In this document: in pieces, positions 10,934 to 22,380 of the stretch
Layout of the letters: each line of letters opens with the position of its first letter
Position numbering within the stretch: the stretch's first letter is position 1
NCBI RefSeq assembly: GCF_001194135.2
Contig: NC_068981.1
Span: 64,605,540 to 64,638,411 of the forward strand
DNA from: Octopus bimaculoides
Taxonomy: Eukaryota
Reading direction: 5' to 3'
Length of the DNA stretch: 32,872 nt
Program-made: the position numbers and the translations under genes
Notes under the pieces: model-generated
The model's input: the letters and a program-made list of their open reading frames with translations, nothing else
What the model was told of the DNA's origin: nothing
Databases searched by the model: none

Positions 10934-11820
10934 ATANNNNNNNNNNNNNNNNNNNNNNNNNNNNNNNNNNNNNNNNNNNNNNNNNNNNNNNNNNNNNNNN
11001 NNNNNNNNNNNNNNNNNNNNNNNNNNNNNNNNNNNNNNNNNNNNNNNNNNNNNNNNNNNNNNNNNNNNNNNNNNNNNNNNNNNNNNNNNNNNNNNNNNNN
11101 NNNNNNNNNNNNNNNNNNNNNNNNNNNNNNNNNNNNNNNNNNNNNNNNNNNNNNNNNNNNNNNNNNNNNNNNNNNNNNNNNNNNNNNNNNNNNNNNNNNN
11201 NNNNNNNNNNNNNNNNNNNNNNNNNNNNNNNNNNNNNNNNNNNNNNNNNNNNNNNNNNNNNNNNNNNNNNNNNNNNNNNNNNNNNNNNNNNNNNNNNNNN
11301 NNNNNNNNNNNNNNNNNNNNNNNNNNNNNNNNNNNNNNNNNNNNNNNNNNNNNNNNNNNNNNNNNNNNNNNNNNNNNNNNNNNNNNNNNNNNNNNNNNNN
11401 NNNNNNNNNNNNNNNNNNNNNNNNNNNNNNNNNNNNNNNNNNNNNNNNNNNNNNNNNNNNNNNNNNNNNNNNNNNNNNNNNNNNNNNNNNNNNNNNNNNN
11501 NNNNNNNNNNNNNNNNNNNNNNNNNNNNNNNNNNNNNNNNNNNNNNNNNNNNNNNNNNNNNNNNNNNNNNNNNNNNNNNNNNNNNNNNNNNNNNNNNNNN
11601 NNNNNNNNNNNNNNNNNNNNNNNNNNNNNNNNNNNNNNNNNNNNNNNNNNNNNNNNNNNNNNNNNNNNNNNNNNNNNNNNNNNNNNNNNNNNNNNNNNNN
11701 NNNNNNNNNNNNNNNNNNNNNNNNNNNNNNNNNNNNNNNNNNNNNNNNNNNNNNNNNNNNNNNNNNNNNNNNNNNNNNNNNNNNNNNNNNNNNNNNNNNN
11801 NNNNNNNNNNNNNNNNNNNN

Positions 11821-11856
<36 letters not shown>

Positions 11857-11865
11857 GAGAGTGAA

Positions 11866-11919
<54 letters not shown>

Positions 11920-11975
11920 AGAGAGAGAGAGGAAGTGTCAAACAGACAGATAGAGAAAAGAAAGAGAGAGAGAAG
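11821..11975. repeat. (TA)n(GA)n microsatellite
   Basis: Direct reading. Confidence 0.95.
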
Positions 11976-12565
11976 GAGCAAGTGGCAAAGTGGTGTTAAA
12001 TTTGTTTAACAGAGCACTGCGCTCTGTCATCAATTTTCTCTCGTTTCAACAATTGGGGGCAATAAACTGGGCCCATCCAGAGCGGAACTGTAAAACCGTT
12101 GAACCAGTTGATGCACTTTCTGAGTTCAAATTCTGCCATAGTCTACTCGATTTGTAAACTTTGACCGTTGATACTTGTCAACTTATGCGCCTTTAATGGT
12201 CTCCATTGTGTCTGCTACATTGCAAGCATTTACTTATGAAGTATTCAATTTATCGAAGTCTTGGACAAGTAAAGCCGTAGCTTTATTACTGTTCATTAAA
12301 TTTCCATTTCTGTTATAATTATATCTATTTTCAATGCTGATGTTTTGATTTCATTAGTTAGAATTTTAACCCAAGTTTTAACGGAAAATTTAGACCACCA
12401 GATCAATTTTTTAAACAAGCTTAACAAAAGTTATTCAACAAATGACGATGGTTGATCCGTCAAAAGTTATATAATACTCTAAATTGATTAGAAGCTCACC
12501 TCAGCCACATTTGTTACCAACCCTAACACAAATCAATTGACATTAAACATGTTCTTATTACTACT

Positions 12566-13190
12566 GCTGGCAGAATCGTAAGCGCGGCGGCCAAAATGCT
12601 TACTCTCTCACTCTTTTACTTGTTTCAGTCACTTGACGGCGGCCATATTGGAGCACCGCTTTTACTCGAACAAATCGACCCCAGGACTTATTCTTTGTAA
12701 GTTTAGTACTTATCCTATTGGTCTCTTTTGCTGAACCGTTAAGTTACGGGGACTAAACACTCCAACATCGGTTGTCTAGCGATGGTGGGGATCAAACACA
12801 AATATACACACACATACACACACATACATATACATATATATTGTATTTTTATATACGACGGGTTTCTTTCAGTTACCATCTACCAAATCCGCTCACAAGG
12901 CTTTGGTCGCCTCGAGGCTATAGTAGAAGACACTTGCCCGTGGTGTCACGCAGTGGGACTGAACCCGGAACCATGTGGTTGGTAATGAAGCTACTTACCA
13001 CACAGCCACTTCTGTGTCTGGCAGCATTTCGTCCGTCTTTATGTACTGAGTTTAAATTCCGCCGAGATCGACTTACATCCTTTCGGAGTCGATAAATTAA
13101 GTACCGGTGAAACACTGGGTCGGTGTAATCGACTAGTCCTCTCACCCCAAATTTCAGGCATTGTGCCTTTAACAGAAAGGATTATTACTG
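12566..13190 (+). mobile_element. SINE family A split by a nested family B insertion
   Basis: Head gctggcagaatcgtaagcg...caaaatgct (12566-12600) resumes as ggcagcatttcgtccgtc...gaaaggattatt (13020-13190). Confidence 0.88.
12601..13019 (-). mobile_element. SINE family B, full length
   Basis: Reverse complement runs from the head (gtggctgtgtggtaagtagc, ccgggttcagtccc) through the core and internal repeat to the tail gactgaaacaagtaaaagag. Confidence 0.93.
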
Positions 13191-13199
13191 ACAAAATTA

Positions 13200-13307
13200 A
13201 GGTGACAAGTTGGCAGAATTGTTAGCGTGTCGGCCAAAATGCTTAGCGGCACTTCATCCGTCTTTACGTCCTTGATTCAAATCCTGCGGAGGTCGACTTT
13301 GCTTCCT
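13200..13307 (+). mobile_element. SINE family A 5' part
   Basis: ggtgacaagttggcagaattgttagcg...aaatgcttagcggc...gattcaaatcctgcggaggtcgactttgc. Confidence 0.85.
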
Positions 13308-14389
13308 ATATACACAAATGTATGTAATATATTGTATTACCTCTGTGGGCATTAAATAATTGTACACCATAACGTCACTGGAAATTAGAATGTCGCAGTA
13401 ACAGTTCTGTAAAATGCAGCAAAAGATAGGCTTATGTTGTCCTATCATTTTTGTCAATCTATTATCTTTGTGACACAGTGTAAGTTTGGAATGTTTCATT
13501 ATCCTGAATTATTGAGTTCGATGGCCTATCTGGGTTTCGATGAAGATATAAGTGTTCACGCTATGAAATATAGGAAATCATAATGCTATTTACCAACAAA
13601 CAAGAACCAAATTGTATTGCTTGTGCTAAATACAATATGGACAAACCACAAAAGCTATGTTTGGAAGGCAAGTTGGTATGGAGCGTAAAGAAAGGTACTA
13701 ACTTTCGGTTAGTCGAGTAAAACAGTTTCGTTTCCCAATTCAAGCCAATTAATTTTATTAAGAATAACATGAACACTTCAAGACTTCGTGCATTATTTTA
13801 CATCAATAAATGATTATAATCATTCGATCAAACCAATTTCTGCTATGTTCCGTTCATGAACTCGCCGGAATTCTCCTAGGCATTTACTGCCTTAATAAAT
13901 GCGACCTTCCATTTTCAAGAGAGTAGGTCTAATTTGAAGATTTGTGACTGTTTCTAGATCTAACGACCATGCTGAGGCTGTTCTCGCGTTGGCTTGCTGG
14001 TGATAGTGTTAATCTTACTATTTACTATCAAAGCCTTTTCTGTTGCTCACCACTTAAATTGTTATGCACTTTAAATAAATTTTCTTCAATATCTGGACAA
14101 CTTTTATCGTAAATGAAGATTAAGTAGAGCTAAATATAGTTTGGTAAATGCGTCATTTATTTGTTCATAGTAATACAATTCGCAAAGGTCTGAGAAGAAA
14201 GCCATTTCGGTGAAGATTATTTTTTTCAAATTATACTAACAAGTGTTGAACACGGCATTATGGAAAGATAACGAAACTGTGAGATTTAAAGTAGCGTATT
14301 TTTTTCCAGTGACGAGTTATTAGTTTGTTTTTGATTTTTGTTTCTTGTGTGAAACTTATGCACAGCTTAGTGAACTGAGCTAATTGAGA

Positions 14390-14442
14390 AGATAGACAGA
14401 CAGACATACAGATAGACAGACAGATAGACAGACAGAGAGGGA

Positions 14443-14479
<37 letters not shown>

Positions 14480-14489
14480 NNNNNNNNNN

Positions 14490-14531
<42 letters not shown>
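14390..14531. repeat. (GACA)n/(GA)n microsatellite
   Basis: Direct reading; contains a 10-N gap. Confidence 0.95.
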
Positions 14532-14532
<1 letters not shown>

Positions 14533-14825
14533 AACTCAAGAATCTTGGTTACAAACGCAGTGCAGTGTCGATTAGAGAATGAAAAATATTGGCCTCGTGG
14601 ATACTTTTTATGAGTTTGGGAGAGAAAGAAGGGCAGCACCAATTATTTTGAAGGGCTTCCAAGGGTGATTGATAGTAAGGGAAAATAAAACAGCAACTTA
14701 ATAAGATACCGTTTCATCCTCAGATCATAGACATATATTGGTGATACAGTGGAATCCGCCGCTAATAGCACTAAGAGAGTCGGTTGGTTGTGTCAAATAG
14801 GGCAGGCAGAGATCATCTGACAGGC

Positions 14826-14945
14826 ATCCATTCAGTTTCTATCAACAAAGTTTCACTAACAAGGCTTGAATGAACCCAGGGCTTCGACAGAAAGCACAGT
14901 CCCAGGTGACGCGCAGTGAGGGACTGAACCCGAAAAGTGATTGCT
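14826..14945 (-). mobile_element. Degraded SINE family B 5' part
   Basis: ccattcagtttctatc...acaaggctt...acgcgcagtgagggactgaacccg. Confidence 0.7.
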
Positions 14946-15734
14946 GTCTTTAACTTTATTGACTGTTACCACCCGCGCTCTTTAAAGATAGTTTAGTGAG
15001 TTACTAAAATGTCTTAATTCCAAACACGGGTTAACAAATAATCTAGTTAATGTAAATAGAATTATTTTTATTTACGAGTCTGTCTTAAGATTGGCGTCAG
15101 TGGGACATTCACGTAGACATTAAGTGCACACAACTGAGACTTATTAATTAAATAAACCTTGTCTGCTTTCGCTTTTTAATACCGCAGTAATAACAACAAT
15201 AACAACAACAATAACAATATCGTTTCTTTTCCTTCTTCGTTCTTTTTCTTCCACGCTGCTTTCTTATCGTCAAGGGAGTGTTTCAAATTATTTGGGAAAG
15301 TTTCAAGTCAGCCGATACAAGGAAATAAATAATACAGGTCGAATAATGGCCCCTGATTCTGTTAGTAAAGGCCATTCTCACTTTCTTGATCTTATTGCCG
15401 GCTAATTGTCTTATAGTTTGGATGTCATTTAGATAAGCTTAAATTAGGACGGAGCCGAAACAGTTTTATGACGAAGGCGATTTTGAAGTAGTGGTCATTG
15501 ACGAAATTGATGATGATAAGGATGAGGGGAAGGTGAAGCAGAAAGGGGGAGGAGGAAGTGGGTGAGGAGGAAGTGGTGGAGAAGGAGAGCGAGAGAAAAG
15601 TCTAAAAAGTATAATGGAGATGATGAGGATGATGTTGAGAGCAAGATGACGAAAGTAAGATAGGAGGCAATCGATAAGAGTTTTAAAATGAAAATTAAAA
15701 GATAGATAATAATGAAACTTTCCTTACAATAGAT

Positions 15735-16490
15735 ACGAAGTCTGAAATTTTGGGGGAGAAGTCTGGTTGATTACATCAACCCCAGTGCTTGATTGGTACT
15801 TTTTTTATCGAAAGGCTAAAAAGCAAAATAGGCCTCGGCAGAATTTGAACGCAGAACATAAATCTAGAGAAAATACCGCTACGCATTTTGTCCGGGGCGC
15901 CAATAATTCTGCTAGCTCGCTCCCTTAATAATAATTGCTTCAAATTTTGGAACAAGGGCTGGTGAGTAAGTCGATTACTAGTGCTTATTTTATCGACCCC
16001 CGAAGTCGACCTCAGCGGTATTTGAACGCAGAACATAAATCCAGAGAAAATACTGCTATGCATTTTGTCCGGGGTGCCAATGATTCTGCTAGCTCGCTCC
16101 CGTAATAATAATTGCTTCAAATTTTGGAACAAGGGCTGGTGAGTAAGTCGATTACTGGTGCTTGTTTTATCGACCCCCGAAATGGATGCAAGGCAAAGTC
16201 GACCTCGGCGGAATTTGAACCCAGAACATAAATCCAAAGAAAATGTTGCTAAACATTTTAACCGGTGTACTAACGATTCTGCTAGCTTGCTCTTTTAATT
16301 ATAACAATAATCCTTTCTACCATAGGCATAAGGGGGATAAGACTGATCGATTATATCGACCACAGTACTCAGTTGGTACTTATTTTATCTACCAAGAAAG
16401 GATGAAAGGTAAAGTGGACCTCGGCGGAATTTGAACTCAGAATATGAAGATTCCGAAGAAACGCCTGTAAGTATTTTGTCCGACGCGCTG
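15735..16490 (-). mobile_element. Head-to-tail array of four SINE family A copies
   Basis: Repeated gtcgacctcggcggaatttgaac...gcattttgtccg...attctgctagctcgc units separated by aataataat. 15844-16003 and 16021-16180 are near-identical, with a 177-bp period. Confidence 0.9.
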
Positions 16491-16866
16491 ATAATAAACG
16501 TAATCATAAAAGCGACGTGAACAATTACGATAATAGAAAAGTAGTTGACGACTTAAAATTTAAGAATGAATGAAATTTCTGAGGAAAAAGAGAAGATAAC
16601 AGGAAAAAAAATTATATCAACAAAGATAACAAGCTATTATGGAGATGGTACATAGACATAACTACTTTCATACACACACACACACACACAGAAGCACAAG
16701 TTCTCGTAATCAGCGAAATTTTAATGAATTTATCTATATTAATGTTATCTGATTATGTCTTCATTATGATAAATATAATCTTTCATTAAGGGAAGAGAAG
16801 ACGAGTCTACTTCCGGTTTGCTTGTCTGCGTTTAAATCGAATTTTCCTCAACTCTTTGTTTCCTAA

Positions 16867-17106
16867 TACACACACATTATATTAGAAAACCTGGAAGATA
16901 TTCTTAATTTAAAAAATAAAAAAGTTATGGAATTTATGGTCTGTTATTATCTAAAGAATGATTTAGTTAACTATCTGAAAGGCGCTTTAACTACATTATA
17001 TAATTATGCAGAATTGAAGCTAAACGTAGACTTTATCAAGGATTTTATCGAGAAAACGATTAAATTATTTAACGAAAGGAAGGATGCTTTTAGTAGAACT
17101 AATTAG
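16867..17106 (+). CDS. Unassigned 79-codon open frame, candidate exon
   Basis: YTHIILENLEDILNLKNKKVMEFMVCYYLKNDLVNYLKGALTTLYNYAELKLNVDFIKDFIEKTIKLFNERKDAFSRTN*. Not microsatellite-derived. A pyrimidine tract, ctaat and an AG at 16884-16885 precede it. No family recognised. Confidence 0.25.
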   Translation, partial: YTHIILENLEDILNLKNKKVMEFMVCYYLKNDLVNYLKGALTTLYNYAELKLNVDFIKDFIEKTIKLFNERKDAFSRTN

Positions 17107-17282
17107 TATACTTCATAATTTCGATAGCGTTGTAACTGTTTTTGCTGTACATTTTTTAGGTTTTAGGTTTTTAGTTTGGTTAGGTCAATGGTTTCTACCT
17201 CAAATTTCATATATGTGGCACACACAAACACAGGCACGCAAACAGCTGCACGCACGCAAACATGAACGTATGAGTGTGTTGT

Positions 17283-17330
<48 letters not shown>

Positions 17331-17443
17331 NNNNNNNNNNNNNNNNNNNNNNNNNNNNNNNNNNNNNNNNNNNNNNNNNNNNNNNNNNNNNNNNNNNNNN
17401 NNNNNNNNNNNNNNNNNNNNNNNNNNNNNNNNNNNNNNNNNNN

Positions 17444-17483
<40 letters not shown>

Positions 17484-17780
17484 TGTGCGTGCTTGTGTGT
17501 GTGTGTGTGTGTGTGCGTGTCTAAGAATTAGATATATATGTCAGTATGTATGTATGTATGCCTGCATGTATGTATATATATACGCTCAGATAACAGCATG
17601 AGTGAGCCTGTGTGAGGGTTTTCAAATTTCTGTAATGCGTGCATATATTGCATGCATATACTTCTACATACATAAACACGCACATACAGACACACACACA
17701 CACACACACATATATATGTATATATATAAGTACACGCACACATGTATATAGTATATATTCACACATGCGTATTCTAAATA
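17283..17780. repeat. (TG)n/(TA)n/(AC)n microsatellite-rich tract
   Basis: Direct reading; contains a gap. Confidence 0.92.
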
Positions 17781-17791
17781 ATATATATCTA

Positions 17792-18194
17792 TGTGGTAAG
17801 TAGCTTGCTTACCAACCACATGGTTCCGGGTTCATTCCCACTGCGTGGCACCTTGGGCAAGTGTCTTCTACTATAGCCTCAGGCCGACCAAAGCCTTGTG
17901 AGTGGATTTGGGAGACGGAAACTGAAAAAAGCCCATCGTATATATGTATATGTATATATGTATGTGTGTGTATATGTTTGTGTGTCTGTGTTTGTCCACT
18001 CGACATCGCTTGACAACCGATGCTGGTGTGTTTACGTCCCCGTAACTTAGCAGTTCCGAAAAAGTGACCGATGGAATAAATACTAGGCTTACAGAGAATA
18101 AGTCCTGGGGTCGATTTTCTCGACTAAAGGCGGTGTTCCAGCATGGCCGCAGTCAAATGACTGAAACAAGTAAAAGAGTAAAAGAGTAAAGAGT
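17792..18194 (+). mobile_element. SINE family B, well preserved
   Basis: tgtggtaagtagcttgc, B box gggttcattccc, core ggcaccttgggcaagtgtcttc...gagtggatttgggagacggaaactgaaa, tail (taaaagag)n. Confidence 0.95.
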
Positions 18195-18449
18195 ATATAA
18201 TAAAACATTTCATGTAATATTTATACATAACGTAAAATATATTNNNNNNNNNNNNNNNNNNNNNNNNNNNNNNNNNNNNNNNNNNNNNNNNNNNNNNNNN
18301 NNNNNNNNNNNNNNNNNNNNNNNNNNNNNNNNNNNNNATATATATATATATATATATACATATACTGAGAGAGACAGCTGAGAAAGGGAGTGAGAGAAAA
18401 TCCCTCTAAGCAACATGTCTCATTGCTTTTCGTTTTCTATCATTAGCTT

Positions 18450-18690
18450 TGGAATATTCTGCCGAATATTCCGACTTTACCTTTGATCCCTTGGAGTCGA
18501 TAAAATAAATACCATTTGAATACTAGGGACAATGTAATTGATTAACCTCGTCTCCAGAAGTTTCAGGCGTTGTGCCTATAGTAGAAAGTATTATTAGCTT
18601 CGGAGAACATGCTTAGCTTTGTTCGCTTCATCCTAAGTTCAATTTTCGCCGATGCAGCTTTGCCTTTCATTCTTCTGGGATCGATTTATA
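18450..18690 (+). mobile_element. Two degraded SINE family A fragments
   Basis: gactttacctttgatccc...gtcgataaaata...tttcaggcgttgtgcctatagtagaaagtattatt, then catgcttagc...gctttgcctttcattc. Confidence 0.75.
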
Positions 18691-18699
18691 TCTTCTGTT

Positions 18700-18964
18700 A
18701 TTCTTTTAATTGTTTCAGTTATTTGACTGCGGCCATGCAAGAGCACCACCTTGAAGGGATTTAGTCTAGTACTTATTCTATCGTCACTTTTACCGAAGCA
18801 TTAAGTTACGGGGACGTAACCAAGCCAACACCGGTTGTCAAGCAGTGATGGGGACACAAAGACAGACGCAAATTCACACACAGACACGCACACACACACA
18901 CACAAGCACGCACATATATATATATATACACACACACAATGGGTTTCATTCAGTTTCCGTCTAT
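18700..18964 (-). mobile_element. SINE family B, 5'-truncated
   Basis: tttgactgcggccatgc...ttaagttacggggacgtaa...ggttgtcaagc...cagtttccgtcta. Confidence 0.88.
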
Positions 18965-18977
18965 AGTTTCCGTCTAT

Positions 18978-19052
18978 CCCCAGATGAGGCAATATCTATG
19001 ATCTTGGTTTCCTTCTTCCTTTTATCCACTACAACAATGTCTGGTCTCTGAT
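18978..19052 (-). mobile_element. Fragment of an RLE-type non-LTR retrotransposon (R4/Dong-like)
   Basis: Translates QRPDIVVVDKRKKETKIIDIASSGD, the RPD-x12-D (PD..D) restriction-like endonuclease motif of R2/R4-group ORFs. Confidence 0.75.
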
Positions 19053-19055
19053 CAT

Positions 19056-19087
<32 letters not shown>

Positions 19088-19102
19088 GTACCAGTAGTAG
19101 TA

Positions 19103-19154
<52 letters not shown>

Positions 19155-19187
19155 CTGTCGTTGTAGCAGCAGCAGCAGTAATAATAA

Positions 19188-19248
<61 letters not shown>

Positions 19249-19258
19249 TGTAGTAGAT
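19052..19258. repeat. (ATC)n(CAG)n(GTA)n compound trinucleotide array
   Basis: Direct reading; source of the poly-T and poly-Y ORFs. Confidence 0.97.
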
Positions 19259-19531
19259 GAGTTTTTCAGTCTCACGTACAGGTAACGTGAGACAATGTAG
19301 TCCTGCAAACACTGAAAACAGAAAAAGGAAAACTGGAGTAGAACCCAACTACAAGATTATCATTGCTATGCCAATCAAAGAACCTCAATACAATCGAGTT
19401 ATCTCCAAGTAATAGCAGCCAAATCTCTCTGAGCTCACAACTTATCATCAGAGCACATTGGAGAATGCATTCCTTGGTACACTGTATCTGAGTAAAAAGG
19501 TAGCAAAAATTACAGCTCGAATGCTTTTAAT

Positions 19532-19747
19532 ATTCTTTTCTACTCTAGGCACAAGGCCCGAAATTTTGGGGGAGGGGACCAGTCGATTAGATCGACCCTA
19601 GTACGCAACTGGTTCTTAATTTATCGACTCCGAATGGATGAAAGGCAAAGTCGACCTCGGCGGAATTTGAACTCTGAACGTAAAGACAGAGGAAATACTG
19701 CTAAGCATTTCGCCCGACGTGCTAACGATTCTGCCAGCTCGCCGCCT
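19532..19747 (-). mobile_element. Full-length SINE family A with 15-bp TSD
   Basis: Complete head-to-tail copy, flanked by the identical sequence tcgaatgcttttaat at 19517-19531 and 19748-19762. Confidence 0.96.
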
Positions 19748-20053
19748 TCGAATGCTTTTAATGTCAAGTCTTCTGGATGACAGCTGGCCTGGGACAAAAA
19801 TAACAAATTTCATCCACAAAAAGAGACCACTCGATACGGTTACTCAAAATGCTATTATAAACAGCTAAATATCGTTTAAATCAAACCATATCGCTAAATA
19901 AAGATAATACATTCCTGGAATAAGGTGGTCATAGTTAGACAGACTGAATAAATATTACTGGATGTTTCTAGATCAAATGACAATAAACAGCTTATTTGGT
20001 AGCATATACAAATTATTATTAACACTATTGCTTGTTAATATTAATGCATTAAA

Positions 20054-20250
20054 AGGTGGCGAGCTGGCAGAATTGTTAGCACGCCGGACGAAATGGTTAG
20101 CGAAATTCTACCGAGGTTGACTTTGCCATTCATCCTATCAAAGCCGATAAAATAAGTGCCAGTTGAACACTGGGTTCGATGTAATCGATTAGCTCCCTCT
20201 CCAAAAACTGCCGGCCTTGTGCAAAAATTTGAAATCAATAATAATAATAA
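20054..20250 (+). mobile_element. SINE family A with internal deletion and (AAT)n tail
   Basis: ggtggcgagctggcagaattgttagcacg...ggccttgtgcaaaaatttgaaatcaataataat. Confidence 0.9.
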
Positions 20251-20635
20251 ATTGCTTTGAAACTAAATGTGGTAAAAGACAAACAGAAATTTGGTTAAAA
20301 TCTTAAAATAATATTCGGGCATTTTTCTTGTATTGAATTTTCATTGCGATCCAAAATAAATGCTTCCGCGGTACACATGTAATTTTGTATTTCCTTTCAT
20401 GCTATAAGACATTCAATTTCGGGCTAAGCCGTAATACCACTTTTGGAGGTAATTTCTAATACATCATCGACAGATCGATTGTGGTCGATGACAACTTATT
20501 TTATTGATTGCCACGAATTTTAACAATTATCTAAGAAAGAGAGTCAAAGGTGGACGAGCTGGGGTTTGAACTAAGAAATTAAAGAAACGTATCACATGAT
20601 GAGATTTTGTTCGACGCCCCTCTAATTTAGACAAC

Positions 20636-20802
20636 ATGCATATACATACATACATTTATAGAGATGTGTATATATATATATATATATACATACCTGATAC
20701 ATACATACATACAAACATGCATGCATGTATACATACATATACGCCTACTTGCATTCATTCATACATATTGGTGCAAATGTGTGTGTGTGTATATATATAT
20801 GC

Positions 20803-20889
<87 letters not shown>

Positions 20890-21087
20890 AATATATATAC
20901 ATATATACATATATGTATATATGTACACATATATACACAAATATATACATATATGCATAAATATATACACATATATAAGTATACATGCTTGTATATATTT
21001 GTGTGTATATAAATATATATACATATATACATATATGNNNNNNNNNNNNNNNNNNNNNNNNNNNNNNNNNNNNNNNNNNNNNNNNNN

Positions 21088-21142
<55 letters not shown>

Positions 21143-21240
21143 ATCAATGTATATACATTCATATATATATATACACGCACGCACGTATGTATGCATGAAT
21201 GCATGCATGTATGTACGTGTATGCGTATGTATGTACTAAT
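20636..21240. repeat. (AT)n/(ACAT)n/(TG)n microsatellite tract
   Basis: Direct reading. Confidence 0.95.
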
Positions 21241-22069
21241 GTAGGATATACATGTATTACAAACGCACATACACGATGAAACAAATGTAATAAGAGAAAG
21301 GGGATTGAAAACTCTCAGTAAAAAAGTGCAGTAAGAGAAGAACTAAGAAAAAAAGTATAAGTATGTCGCCAATATTTCGTTTCTATTTCTTTGATACGAT
21401 TAATATGGACATTACTTACTCATACGACATGCAAACCATGGACGCCATTTTTTTTTTTCTACTTCATCGTATTTCATTAATATCCAAGATTTTCTGCATC
21501 ACTAAAAACTGACATGGTGATATGTCTTTCGATTTTTTAAAATATTTTTTCCTTTTACCTAATTTGAAATATACAGTGTAATTAGAAGCAAATTTAAAGA
21601 CATTTATAGAAATAAGACCACACCCGTCAAAAATTTTTTGTTAGTTTACTTGCAAGTAAATAAGAAAATGAAGAAAAATGTCTGTGTATTAGAAGAATAG
21701 ATTTGTTTATATGACGATTCATTTGATATTGTTTGAAATTTCGTCAATGTTCTTTATTTTGGCGTTGTACTTCTCATTTTTTTTCTTCTAGTTGTTAGTG
21801 TTGTTGTTGTTGATGACATGGTTCGTTTGAAAATTAACTGACCTTTCACATCTTATTTCTTATAACATTGTAATTTTTCAAATTAGTTCAAGCACTTTCT
21901 TTTTATCTCCGGCTCCTAGAAATTTCAAAATAAATATGTAAGAAATAAAATAAGGCAAGGAAATCAAACATGCACAGACAAACAATANNNNNNNNNNATC
22001 AAAACGTAGTAATATGATTTATTATATACATCTTGCATATATAATATATAATGGGTGACGGATATAGGG

Positions 22070-22110
22070 ACGAAATATCTATATATGTATATAATATATA
22101 TAAATGTATT

Positions 22111-22157
<47 letters not shown>

Positions 22158-22380
22158 ATATATATATATATATATATGTATGTATGCATGTATGTATGTA
22201 ATGTATGTTTAAATATGTATGTATATACATTTATAGATAATATATATATATATATATATATATAAATATACATACATATATATGTATATGTGTATATATG
22301 TATATATGTATATATGTATATATATCTTTATATATATATGTGTGTGTGCGTGCGTGCGTGCGTGTGTGTGTGTCTGTGAT
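22070..22380. repeat. (AT)n/(TG)n/(TGCG)n microsatellite tract
   Basis: Direct reading. Confidence 0.93.

Noticed and set aside
13414-13485. Signal-peptide-like first exon before GTAAGT
   Set aside because: The ATG frame (MQQKIGLCCPIIFVNLLSL) stops before the donor, and the other hydrophobic frame has an upstream stop and no ATG.
15450-15660. Acidic/Gly-rich reading (EPKQFYDEGDFEVVVIDEIDDD)
   Set aside because: Purine-rich low-complexity DNA bounded by stops, with no convincing splice sites.
15844-16290. CRISPR-like or tRNA-gene array
   Set aside because: The units are SINE copies with no unique spacers; the heads have A/B boxes but no full cloverleaf.
16809-16816. ETS-type ACTTCCGG motif
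   Set aside because: A single 8-mer with no CpG island or other promoter evidence.
21575-21630. TACAGTG as a Tc1-like TIR start
   Set aside because: I found no matching opposite TIR or transposase remnant.
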